A stretch of DNA of 64,000 nt, taken from NCBI GenBank assembly GCA_039024555.1, contig JBCCQQ010000022.1:1-64000 (forward strand). The letters are read 5' to 3'. The notes under the pieces were generated by a model, which saw nothing but the letters and a program-made list of their open reading frames with translations, was not told where the DNA came from and ran no database searches. Of the stretch, positions 11,471 to 20,286 are shown in pieces. Numbering within the stretch: the first letter of the stretch is position 1; each line of letters starts with the position of its first letter. The position numbers and the translations under genes are program-made. The DNA comes from Cyanobacteria bacterium P01_D01_bin.156 (GTDB taxonomy: Bacteria; Cyanobacteriota; Cyanobacteriia; Phormidesmidales; Phormidesmidaceae).

Positions 11471-12574
11471 ATGCAAAAAATAATTCAAAAGTCTGATTTT
11501 GTTCTGACTCCCTATATGCAGAGCAATGATCTTCGTGCTACATATCAAGTTTTAAATACGCTAATTCCCTACATTTTATTATGGGTTTTAGCTGTAAAAG
11601 TAGCCCATATTTCTCTTGGGCTTCTAGCACCAATTATCATCTTATTAGTGCTTTTTTCATTGCGATGCTTTTCGCTGATGCATGATTGCGGTCATTATTC
11701 ACTGTTTAGATCTAAAAAAGTAAATCGAATCGTTGGATTCCTCTTGGGTCTAATTAATGCCATGCCCCAGTATTGGTGGTCTAGAGACCATGCCTATCAT
11801 CACAAAACAAATGGTGACTGGGAACGCTATCGCGGCATTGGTGATTTTTTATCCACAGAAGAATATGCCAAGCTAAGCCCAGCCGATCAAACTCTATATG
11901 GGGTATTGAGGCATCCATTAATGGCATTTCCAGGAGGCTTTTTCTATTTAGCATTTAAGCCCAGACTCATTTTTATTCTGGGTATTTGTGACTTTATTCG
12001 CTATGGATGGAGTTGCCTAAAACTAGATTCTAAGGTTAGCTTTTCAGACATTCTGACGTCCCATCAACCCAAGCATTGGTCTACTGCAGCAGAATTCTGG
12101 GATATTTTTCTGAACAATATTTTTGTCGTGGGTGGATGGATTCTTTTAAGTCATTGGTTAGGTGTGGGATTTTTCCTAGGCATATATTCTGTCGTGCTCA
12201 CGCTGTCGGCAGCTATTTTTATTAATGTATTTTTTGTACAGCACAATTTTGATGGAGCCTATGCCCATAAAACGGAAGGTTGGGATTACTTAACAGGGGC
12301 AATTGAAGGCAGTAGCTACCTAGAGTTGCCCTGGATTTTAAAGTGGTTTACGGCTGATATTAGTTACCACAATATTCATCATCTCTCGGAAAGAATTCCT
12401 AACTACAATTTGAAGGCATGCCATCAAAAAAACATCCATCTACTCACTCATATAAGAACTATTCACATGGGTGAAGTATTAGACTGCGCTAAATTTATTT
12501 TGTGGGATGCTGACGAGAATAAGCTGGTCTCTATACAACTGTTTCGCCACAATCAGACCAATGCCTTTTCGTAA
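11471..12574 (+). CDS. Membrane-bound fatty acid/acyl-lipid desaturase
   Basis: Three His boxes HDCGH, HAYHH, HNIHH plus FFVQH; hydrophobic segments. Confidence 0.92.
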   Translation: MQKIIQKSDFVLTPYMQSNDLRATYQVLNTLIPYILLWVLAVKVAHISLGLLAPIIILLVLFSLRCFSLMHDCGHYSLFRSKKVNRIVGFLLGLINAMPQYWWSRDHAYHHKTNGDWERYRGIGDFLSTEEYAKLSPADQTLYGVLRHPLMAFPGGFFYLAFKPRLIFILGICDFIRYGWSCLKLDSKVSFSDILTSHQPKHWSTAAEFWDIFLNNIFVVGGWILLSHWLGVGFFLGIYSVVLTLSAAIFINVFFVQHNFDGAYAHKTEGWDYLTGAIEGSSYLELPWILKWFTADISYHNIHHLSERIPNYNLKACHQKNIHLLTHIRTIHMGEVLDCAKFILWDADENKLVSIQLFRHNQTNAFS

Positions 12575-13695
12575 ATGCGGTAAGTCTTATAAATCTTGGC
12601 CCCAGTACTCTCAATAATGTTGCGCGATCGCATATTGTCCTCATATACCCAGGACAGTTCAGAACGCCTATAGGGAGGTTTCTTATCCGTCCCTCCCTTC
12701 ATACCCAAATACACTACGGCTAAAGCTACCATTTTGCGACTATATTCTGGCAGCGTACAAATCGCCAAAACCCTCGCCTGGTTGATTTTACGACGATGCC
12801 AAAGAAACTTCAGAATACCCAAAACATTCAATTTACCCTTGACATGCTTAAGGGCAATATTGTAATCCGGTAAGGCCATAAAAAAGCCCACCATTTTGTT
12901 ATTAGAGTCTTTTTTAGGATCTTCTGCAATTACAAAAATATCTGTATCCACTAGAGTCTGCAGATCTCTAGCTTCCTCCATAAACTCCGCTTCCGTACGG
13001 GCGCTAGAGCTCCAATTGTGAGCAAACGCCGTAGTAAACAGTTCGTAGATATGACGACAATCTTGCTCGAAGGCTTCACCCTTCAAATTGATAGTGCGAA
13101 ACGTAATACCTGCCTTCTGGGCAATCTTATAGCCTCGCTCAAAGCTATCAGGTAAAGGATGATCCAAAGGCAAATCATAGGCATAGGCATCTTTAGCTTT
13201 ATGCCAACCGTTTGCCTCCATCAAATCTAGATAGTAACTAGGGTTGTAAGGCATCATTACCATTGGGTCAGAGTCAAACCCATCCGCCAAAAAACAACAG
13301 TTGTTGTGGGTAGACAAGTCAATTGGGCCACGAGCCACAGTCATTCCCTGTTGTTTTAGCCAACCCGTTGCTTCGTCTAGAAGTGCTTTCCCCACATGTT
13401 GATCGTCAATGCATTCAAAAAAACCCATCAAACCAACAGGCTGATTCTCCCGCTCAATCAGCCGCTCATTCACAGCTGCAACAATTCTTCCCACCGGTCG
13501 CTTTCCTTCGTAGGCCACAAACTGTTGCAGCTTGCCGTACTGAAAAAATGAATTCTCTTCAGAAAACTGTTTAGCTGTACTGGACTCAATAGGAGCAACC
13601 CAATGAGCATCCTGTCGGTATACATAAGCTGGAACAGCCAGAAATTCGGCTTGTTCTTCTGGCGTAGTGACCGACCTAATAGAAAAATTATTCAT
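12553..13695 (-). CDS. Double-GNAT acyltransferase, bacterial ceramide synthase (bCerS/YghO)-like
   Basis: VY..D.HWVAP, VGRIVA, GFFECIDD, ARGP, GFD..PMVMMPYNPSYY, KAKD, ALPDYN, SELSWVYEDN, KIYKTYRIYEK match the family pattern as I know it; ATG 13695 chosen as start. Confidence 0.8.
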   Translation of the reverse strand: MNNFSIRSVTTPEEQAEFLAVPAYVYRQDAHWVAPIESSTAKQFSEENSFFQYGKLQQFVAYEGKRPVGRIVAAVNERLIERENQPVGLMGFFECIDDQHVGKALLDEATGWLKQQGMTVARGPIDLSTHNNCCFLADGFDSDPMVMMPYNPSYYLDLMEANGWHKAKDAYAYDLPLDHPLPDSFERGYKIAQKAGITFRTINLKGEAFEQDCRHIYELFTTAFAHNWSSSARTEAEFMEEARDLQTLVDTDIFVIAEDPKKDSNNKMVGFFMALPDYNIALKHVKGKLNVLGILKFLWHRRKINQARVLAICTLPEYSRKMVALAVVYLGMKGGTDKKPPYRRSELSWVYEDNMRSRNIIESTGAKIYKTYRIYEKALV

Positions 13696-13812
13696 AGCTG
13701 GGAGAGTAGAGCACAAAGAGTAAGGAATAGGTCGCAAAACCAAGATGTAATCTCTAGAAACAAGTTCCAAGGATTAACCTGTATACCTATTCCCCACTCC
13801 CATCGTTCTCAG

Positions 13813-15096
13813 TTAAGCGTACTGAACCACTGCGCCGCCAAGCTTTTCACGGACAGCGACCATAGCTTCCACAAGCCGATCCATTTCAGCCTGAGTGTGG
13901 AGAGCATTCGCCGTAATCCGAAGTCGGGGCTTAGCGATAAACCAAATTGCCGATACCCAAATTCCATACTCTTCCATCAGGGCACGAGCATAGGACTTAG
14001 GATCGAGGTCAGGAGGCAGCAAAACAGGAATTACATTGGTCTCACCAATGGCATCAAAGCCAGCGGCAATCAGCTTAGTACGCAGATACCTAGTATTAGC
14101 CTGTAGCTTAGCCACCCGTTCAGGTTCGCTACGGACTAGCCGAATACTCTCTAGGGCCGCTGCAGTTACCGGGGGAGGCAGAGAAATCGTACCGATAGAT
14201 GTGGGTGACACATCCAACAGATCAATCAGCTCACGGTTAGGAGAACTAATAGCAGCCCCAGCAGACCCAGCAAACTTAGAGAATGTGGTCATAATGACGG
14301 GCACGATACCACGGTCAATAACTGACTGGGGGGTAATGCCAAAGTGATCGTAAATTCCTTCACCCCTACCACCAATGGCACCACTGGCATGGGCTTCGTC
14401 CATGACAACAACACTGCCAGGATAGTGTTCCATAATGTCTAACATGCGAGGCAATGGCACCACATCACCATCCATGGAGAAGACCGCATCAGAAATGACA
14501 ATTACCCGATCATCAGGACGCACATAGCGACGCATTTTGCGCTCTAAGTCATCCATATCGCAGTGGCGATAGGCCTTAACGCGCACCTTAGGACTATGGC
14601 CAAACATTTTACCGGAGCGATTATCCGCATTCACCACTGCCGCGATAATACAGCCGTGATTGAGTACATCGCTAAAGATAATAGTTTCACGAGTGTGCTG
14701 GAACCCAGCAACAGGAACAGCTAGGTGGCAAAAACCATCCATCAATGCCTGCAGGGCCATCCAAGCATTCAGAAACAGCTGCGTATGGGGCAAATGCTTA
14801 AAAGCAGAAATCTCTTCCTCAAGTTGCCGGTGTAGCTCAATACGACCGCTTAACACCGAGCAAGAACTGTTAGATGTGCCATAGCGACGGATAGAGTCAA
14901 TAGCGGCCTGAGTTACCTCCTTGTCTTGGGCCATACCCAACACATCGTTGGTACAAAAGGTCAGAACCTGGTGTCGTTTGCCAGTGCCCTGTTCTTCGAT
15001 ATCTATCTGATTGCCATTTTTATAGTGGCAAATGAATTTGTCAGGGTATAACCCGCTTGCATGCAAACGTTGCACGTAGTCATTAACGACTTCCAC
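13813..15096 (-). CDS. PLP-dependent alpha-oxoamine synthase (SPT/BioF/Kbl family), serine palmitoyltransferase-like
   Basis: SDVLNH, YRHCDMDDL, VFSMDGD, DEAH, TFSK (PLP lysine), RLRIT; GAGGAG RBS before GTG. Confidence 0.85.
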   Translation of the reverse strand: MEVVNDYVQRLHASGLYPDKFICHYKNGNQIDIEEQGTGKRHQVLTFCTNDVLGMAQDKEVTQAAIDSIRRYGTSNSSCSVLSGRIELHRQLEEEISAFKHLPHTQLFLNAWMALQALMDGFCHLAVPVAGFQHTRETIIFSDVLNHGCIIAAVVNADNRSGKMFGHSPKVRVKAYRHCDMDDLERKMRRYVRPDDRVIVISDAVFSMDGDVVPLPRMLDIMEHYPGSVVVMDEAHASGAIGGRGEGIYDHFGITPQSVIDRGIVPVIMTTFSKFAGSAGAAISSPNRELIDLLDVSPTSIGTISLPPPVTAAALESIRLVRSEPERVAKLQANTRYLRTKLIAAGFDAIGETNVIPVLLPPDLDPKSYARALMEEYGIWVSAIWFIAKPRLRITANALHTQAEMDRLVEAMVAVREKLGGAVVQYA

Positions 15097-15218
15097 AATT
15101 TACTCCTCATCACCTACATTGAGCATATCAATCAACCAAGGTCGAAAATACAAAGGCTGATACACCTTCAGCAATACGCCTTGGCATCAACGGGGCTTGG
15201 GTATCCCAAGCGGGCGAA

Positions 15219-16343
15219 TCACACAAGCATACCGTTACTAACCTCCTGGGATGGTTGGCTAGGAGACTCTTTTGAAGCCTCTAGACGAGACTTAGACGGT
15301 TTCTCCAAACTCTCATACTGACCAGCAATTACCCGCTGTAGAGCGATAATTGCTGGATTAACTTCGACGTAGTTGCGCTGCGGGTCGATGGAATAGTTAC
15401 GCTGCTCGCTTTCCATCATTTCTACGTCCTGATGCAAAAACTTGAGAAAAATACTGTTCAGAATCACCTTTTCTAGCACTCTTGCTAGGGGGCCACTGAG
15501 CAGCCATTGTGGCAGAGGCAATTTCAAAAACATTAGGGAAAAAGACTTAGTCTCAGTAGGGCCGACTGGCAAACGCATGAGGTAAAGAGAGGAAACCGAC
15601 TCTAATGCAGTTGCGTAATGGGGATAGCAATAGCGAATGGAAACCGTACGGGTCGTACTATCACTCCCTTTAGAACCCAAGCCTAAAAGCTTGCTCAAAA
15701 ATCCCTCATAGGAGACTTGATAATCCGCTGAAACTTCCTGATCGTCTTGCCTCAGATTTAGGAGCTTAGGATCGTACCAACCTTGCAGCTCCTTATGCAA
15801 AAACCCATGGAACACATCCATCGTATTCTCGTTACAGATGGAAAAATGGGCTTGAAAATGTCCTGGAATACGCACCATAAACCAACCAGGCTGTCCATAC
15901 TGAGGAACTTCCGGCAAAGGTTGTTGCGTAGCTAAATCAGCATCTCCAGGAAAAACCCATACAATGCCGTAGGCTTCACGAGTCGGATAACTATGCGCCT
16001 GAGCACAAGGAAGCTTCTGTTCCTTAGGGAAATAAGGAATGCCAACGCAGGTGCCATCAACATCAAACTCCCACCCATGATAAGGACACACAAGATTATT
16101 GCCATGAATCTCGCCCCGATGGAGCTCTACGCCTTTGTGAGGGCAGGCATCGGCCATGCTGTGCACGGTGCCATCCATGGCCCGATAAACAGCAAGGGGA
16201 GTTTCCCAAACCTGTGCAGAAACTACTTCACCCACCTCAATCTGGTCAGCCCAAAACACGGGATACCAGTAGTTTGGGTTAATACCGACCGCACGTGCAC
16301 GTCGATATATGGGTTGGCCTTTGAGAACAGCAGACGCTTCCAT
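15219..16343 (-). CDS. Rieske non-heme iron oxygenase
   Basis: Rieske CPHKG...CPYHGW; mononuclear Fe site ENTMDVFHGFLH and distal QD. Confidence 0.92.
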   Translation of the reverse strand: MEASAVLKGQPIYRRARAVGINPNYWYPVFWADQIEVGEVVSAQVWETPLAVYRAMDGTVHSMADACPHKGVELHRGEIHGNNLVCPYHGWEFDVDGTCVGIPYFPKEQKLPCAQAHSYPTREAYGIVWVFPGDADLATQQPLPEVPQYGQPGWFMVRIPGHFQAHFSICNENTMDVFHGFLHKELQGWYDPKLLNLRQDDQEVSADYQVSYEGFLSKLLGLGSKGSDSTTRTVSIRYCYPHYATALESVSSLYLMRLPVGPTETKSFSLMFLKLPLPQWLLSGPLARVLEKVILNSIFLKFLHQDVEMMESEQRNYSIDPQRNYVEVNPAIIALQRVIAGQYESLEKPSKSRLEASKESPSQPSQEVSNGMLV

Positions 16344-16765
16344 CGTTTACGACTAAAACTAAGACTTAGAGAACATCAGCAAAACAGCATTTTCAATTTA
16401 CGAGACATAGCTTGATTTTTACTGAGTAAAGCCCAATAAGCTCAAATTTTGTCTGCCAATCGGATGTCAGCTTGGGTGCAGTATGACGGTAAGCCATAGG
16501 CTGATGCTGAAGTTTAGTGACGCTTCACGAACTGGCAATTCAGGGATTCCAAAAAGCTGGAGCAATTAGATAAAACAAAGGGAAATCCCATAAGAGCTAG
16601 TAAGTAGACAGATAAAGCAGCAATACTTACTAACGAGGCGTAGACCCTGGTTTTTCTCTAACCCTGATAACCAGTTATGGGTAATGTTAACATCTATTAA
16701 CTTGTCGCGAACGAACAGCCTGCAGAGCTGTCTTTCTTTAGCAAGTGTTACCTGCCCCCATCTCT

Positions 16766-17974
16766 ATGACCACTGTCTACAAGAAACCTGCCACTCTTAC
16801 CGTAGAGAACCGCGGTCAAAGCCCTGCCCCCCAACCGATAAAACATTCTTGGCGAGTGTTAGCCGTCCTGATGATGTCAGGCTGTTTGTCGAGTGCGGCC
16901 GGTGCGATAGTGGCACCCGTTTTTCCAGAAATTATTGAGTACTTTGGACTCAGTGGACGTTGGGCAGGCGTACTAGTAAGTACCCATACCCTTACAACAG
17001 CTTTGGCCAGCCTGGTATTTGGTCTCTTGGCTAAACGTTTAGGCAACGTGCGCATTTTACTGTCTTGCTTGGTTGGGTATGCCGTTTTCGGCGGTTTGGG
17101 TGCTCTGGCCGATGGCTTCTGGCACATTTTATTTTCTAGGGCTTTAGTCGGTGTGGCGAGCGGCGGCATCGGTGCCGGTAGCATTGGCATTTTAAGCAAC
17201 CTGTACGAAGGTGAAGCCCGCACCCGCATGATGGGCTACGCCACCAGTGCATTAGCCACGGCCACGGTCATCTTTCCGATTTTAGGGGGTTGGTTAGGTC
17301 TTTATCACTGGCGTTCGGCATTTTTGCTATACGGATTAGGGGTGCCTGCTGCCTTAGTTGGATTATGGCTTCTCCCTAAGGGGCAACGAGGTAGACGAGA
17401 TATTCCCAAAGCCGATGGCATTGGTTCAATTCTGCAGCAAAGCCGAGTGCTGTTGTTACTACTGGCTTTAGCAACGGCATCAGCTATTTTTTATGTAGTG
17501 GTGGTATACGCGCCGCTTTACCTTAAGCAAGCAATCGATGCATCTTCTCTGCTCAATGGCTTTGTATTGGCGGCACGTTCTGTAGGTGCTGCGGTCATTG
17601 CGGCGGTAGGTGCTGCCAAAGTCTCCAAACGCTTGGGGGCTGGTGGAGCGATCGCAACCGGCTTCTTACTTATGGCCATATCCTTAGCAACCATTCCCAG
17701 TGTGCTTGCCCCGTCACTTATGCTCATAACAGGTTTACTCTTTGGCCTGGGATTTGGGCTAGTGATGCCAAACTTTTACAGTGCCTTAGCGGATTTATCA
17801 CCCGATTCCCAACGATCTGGAGTGCTGGCCATTGGTACTGGCTGTGCCTCCATGGGACAGTTCCTTTCTCCATTTGTGTTTGGTCCCATTTGGGCCAGTG
17901 CAGGTACCCAGGTGTTCTACATCGCAGCGGCTATTGCTGCTACGGTAGGTTTACTGAACTGGGTGCGTCGTTAG
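16766..17974 (+). CDS. MFS transporter
   Basis: About 12 hydrophobic segments; GLLAKRLG motif-A-like loop, RALVGVASG, PILGGWLG..HWR. Confidence 0.9.
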   Translation: MTTVYKKPATLTVENRGQSPAPQPIKHSWRVLAVLMMSGCLSSAAGAIVAPVFPEIIEYFGLSGRWAGVLVSTHTLTTALASLVFGLLAKRLGNVRILLSCLVGYAVFGGLGALADGFWHILFSRALVGVASGGIGAGSIGILSNLYEGEARTRMMGYATSALATATVIFPILGGWLGLYHWRSAFLLYGLGVPAALVGLWLLPKGQRGRRDIPKADGIGSILQQSRVLLLLLALATASAIFYVVVVYAPLYLKQAIDASSLLNGFVLAARSVGAAVIAAVGAAKVSKRLGAGGAIATGFLLMAISLATIPSVLAPSLMLITGLLFGLGFGLVMPNFYSALADLSPDSQRSGVLAIGTGCASMGQFLSPFVFGPIWASAGTQVFYIAAAIAATVGLLNWVRR

Positions 17975-17988
17975 GCTATAGCTAAGCC

Positions 17989-18456
17989 ATGATTCTGAAA
18001 CATTCCCTAGTCAAGTTTCTCAAAACTGGAGCTATTCCCCTTCTACTCATCACCGTTGCTGTAAGGCAGATTGTTTTAGTCAATACTGCAGGATTAAGTC
18101 CCTGGCATGGTGGCGGGTTTGGCATGTTTGCATCTATGGACCGTGACGAACGACGGGTGGTCACGGCTCAACTGGAATGTGAATCCATCCAAGGGGTATC
18201 GTTACCAGGACTATTAGCCAATGCTCCCGAGCTCGTTCAGGATAAAACGTATATCCACATCAGTACGTTTCCCACAGACGCTCAACTACAGCGTTTGGGT
18301 AAGCTGCTGACCGAAGATACTGGAAATATTACTGGCCTGACTGACGGGCTAAATGAATGTGGCGAGACATTACAGCTGCAGGCTTGGCGGTTGATTTATA
18401 AAGATGGAGCCATTGGCTATAAACCCATTACTCAACCCGTTGAGGTAATACCATGA
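17989..18456 (+). CDS. Small membrane-anchored protein, probable partner of the HTTM protein (SdpA/DUF5819-like role)
   Basis: N-terminal hydrophobic helix then LSPWHGGGFGMFASMD; ATGA overlap with next gene. Confidence 0.6.
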   Translation: MILKHSLVKFLKTGAIPLLLITVAVRQIVLVNTAGLSPWHGGGFGMFASMDRDERRVVTAQLECESIQGVSLPGLLANAPELVQDKTYIHISTFPTDAQLQRLGKLLTEDTGNITGLTDGLNECGETLQLQAWRLIYKDGAIGYKPITQPVEVIP

Positions 18457-19343
18457 GCTGGTTCAAGCAATGGAATTTGTGGTTGAGTAACCTGATGCAG
18501 CCACCGGTTTATTTGCTGGTGCTTAGGCTGACCACAATTTTATTAGTGCTCCATAGCATTGATCACTGGCTGTGGACCATGCTGCCAGAAAAGCTCCTAG
18601 CCATAGCCATGCTGCTATACGCACCGTTGCTACGTCAACGCTGGGCTTGGTTGGCAATGAGCGTATTTCTGATAGTGAATAACCTGTGGCACTGGGCCAC
18701 ATTGGTGAACCACGAGTATCTCTACACCTACTGGGTGTTGGTATGTACTGTGGCAGTGTGGAGCCGAACGCCAAAGCAGGTACTGAGCTGGAATGCTCGC
18801 TGGATCATTGGCCTCTGTTTTTTATTTGCCACCCTGTGGAAATTTATTGGTGGTGAATATTTAGACGGTTCGTTTTTGCACCTAACATTTTTGCTAGATC
18901 ATCGCCTGGCAATGGGGGCTTTTCTATTCGGTGGACTGGACCTAACAACCCTGGCCGAAAATAGGCAAATCTTTGAAACTTTGCAGGCTTCAGGGGCTGT
19001 TTTAGAACCGCAGCAATTAGCCACTACACCACGGATGGCGGTAGCCAGCTTAGTGCTGTCTTACTGGACTATTTTGATCGAAGGATTGGTAGCCGCTAGC
19101 TTTTTATTGCCCATTCGCTGGCTTTATCAAAAACGTGACTGGATACTTTTTATCTTTGTACTGACTACCTACACAGTGATTCCAGTGTTGGGGTTTGGGG
19201 CATTGCTGATGGTGATGGGCTTGATCCAAACAAAAAGCAACTTCGTAGCTCGGCTTTACCTTGGTCTGTTAATATCCATGCCTATTTGGATGCCATTACC
19301 TCAGGGCATTTTTGGGGTAATGCAAATGCTCTTTCAAGCATAA
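18453..19343 (+). CDS. HTTM-domain / vitamin K-dependent carboxylase-like membrane protein
   Basis: NHEYLY and FATLWKFIGGEYLDG resemble the NHSYLY and AGVKKLDADWVEG motifs of GGCX/HTTM proteins; multi-TM. Confidence 0.65.
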   Translation: MSWFKQWNLWLSNLMQPPVYLLVLRLTTILLVLHSIDHWLWTMLPEKLLAIAMLLYAPLLRQRWAWLAMSVFLIVNNLWHWATLVNHEYLYTYWVLVCTVAVWSRTPKQVLSWNARWIIGLCFLFATLWKFIGGEYLDGSFLHLTFLLDHRLAMGAFLFGGLDLTTLAENRQIFETLQASGAVLEPQQLATTPRMAVASLVLSYWTILIEGLVAASFLLPIRWLYQKRDWILFIFVLTTYTVIPVLGFGALLMVMGLIQTKSNFVARLYLGLLISMPIWMPLPQGIFGVMQMLFQA

Positions 19344-19428
19344 GTTCATTCTCAAGATATTTGTTTCGTGTCAGTTGAACCGCTCAATTACTGGCCCATA
19401 AAGCAAGACTACAAACATCGTGAGATTT

Positions 19429-20286
19429 CTAGCTCACCTGAGTATCCGGTGATTCTTGCAATAGCCATAGGCCGCTGTAGGTCATACCAGAATCATCGGG
19501 ACGAATGAGCAAAAAATGTAGTCCCTTAGCCGTTGCTTTTCGCTGCTCAAAAGCATTGGCCGCTCCACGCACATCAGCATCTTCAAACGTCGTAAGCACA
19601 AAACGATCACTCAGTCCTGCTTCTAAAATCAAGCCATCAGGCTGTCCGGCAATATATTGCAAAAATGCTGGGCGCACCGACTCTAACCACTGAGCCAACG
19701 CCATAGCTCGCTGCCCACCATCGATCACTACACCAGGAATCAAAACCGTACTGGATAAACCAATCTCTAGAGGCAAGAATTCCTTGGGCACCGACCGGAT
19801 CGGAATCGCTTCGTATTGAAACCGCAGCAATTCTGCGTTAGAAAGTCCTGCAAATCGCCACGTTTCACCCCATAAATTATCTGGCAAAGGAATAGGGGTA
19901 GAACGTTCAATAGAGAATGGCGAATAAGGCTCACCCGTGTACGTTTTTAGATTGGAATACCAAGCGGTGCGCTGCCGTAACCACTGCTTCAGGGTGGGCA
20001 ATGCCCGTTTCGGCACCACCGAAATATCCAGTTCCCGACAGGCAACTTCCGTCAGCGTTTGGGATTGGGGACGAAATACCTCTAATCGATTAGGACGATA
20101 CCCAGCTCGATGAATTGCTTGCTTTAGCTGATGGCGTAGCCACATGGCATCTGCCTGGGGCTGAGGACAGGTTTCTGCATAGCTAAAGTCCATATTTGGG
20201 GTGCATAGCAGCAACTCCCAATGGGTATTGTTCTCAGCGTTTTTTAAGGGACGGCGATAGAAGTCAAGCTGCCAGGGGAGACTCAT
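19429..20286 (-). CDS. Tab2/Atab2 family RNA-binding protein
   Basis: WQLDFYRRP, WELLLC, FRPQ, LWGETWRF, ILEAGLSDR, GLHFL; ATGA overlap with glgP stop. Confidence 0.9.
   Translation of the reverse strand: MSLPWQLDFYRRPLKNAENNTHWELLLCTPNMDFSYAETCPQPQADAMWLRHQLKQAIHRAGYRPNRLEVFRPQSQTLTEVACRELDISVVPKRALPTLKQWLRQRTAWYSNLKTYTGEPYSPFSIERSTPIPLPDNLWGETWRFAGLSNAELLRFQYEAIPIRSVPKEFLPLEIGLSSTVLIPGVVIDGGQRAMALAQWLESVRPAFLQYIAGQPDGLILEAGLSDRFVLTTFEDADVRGAANAFEQRKATAKGLHFLLIRPDDSGMTYSGLWLLQESPDTQVS

Noticed and set aside
13813..15096. Calling this gene bioF
   Set aside because: No biotin genes nearby, and adjacency to a bCerS-like GNAT favours a lipid role; exact function left open
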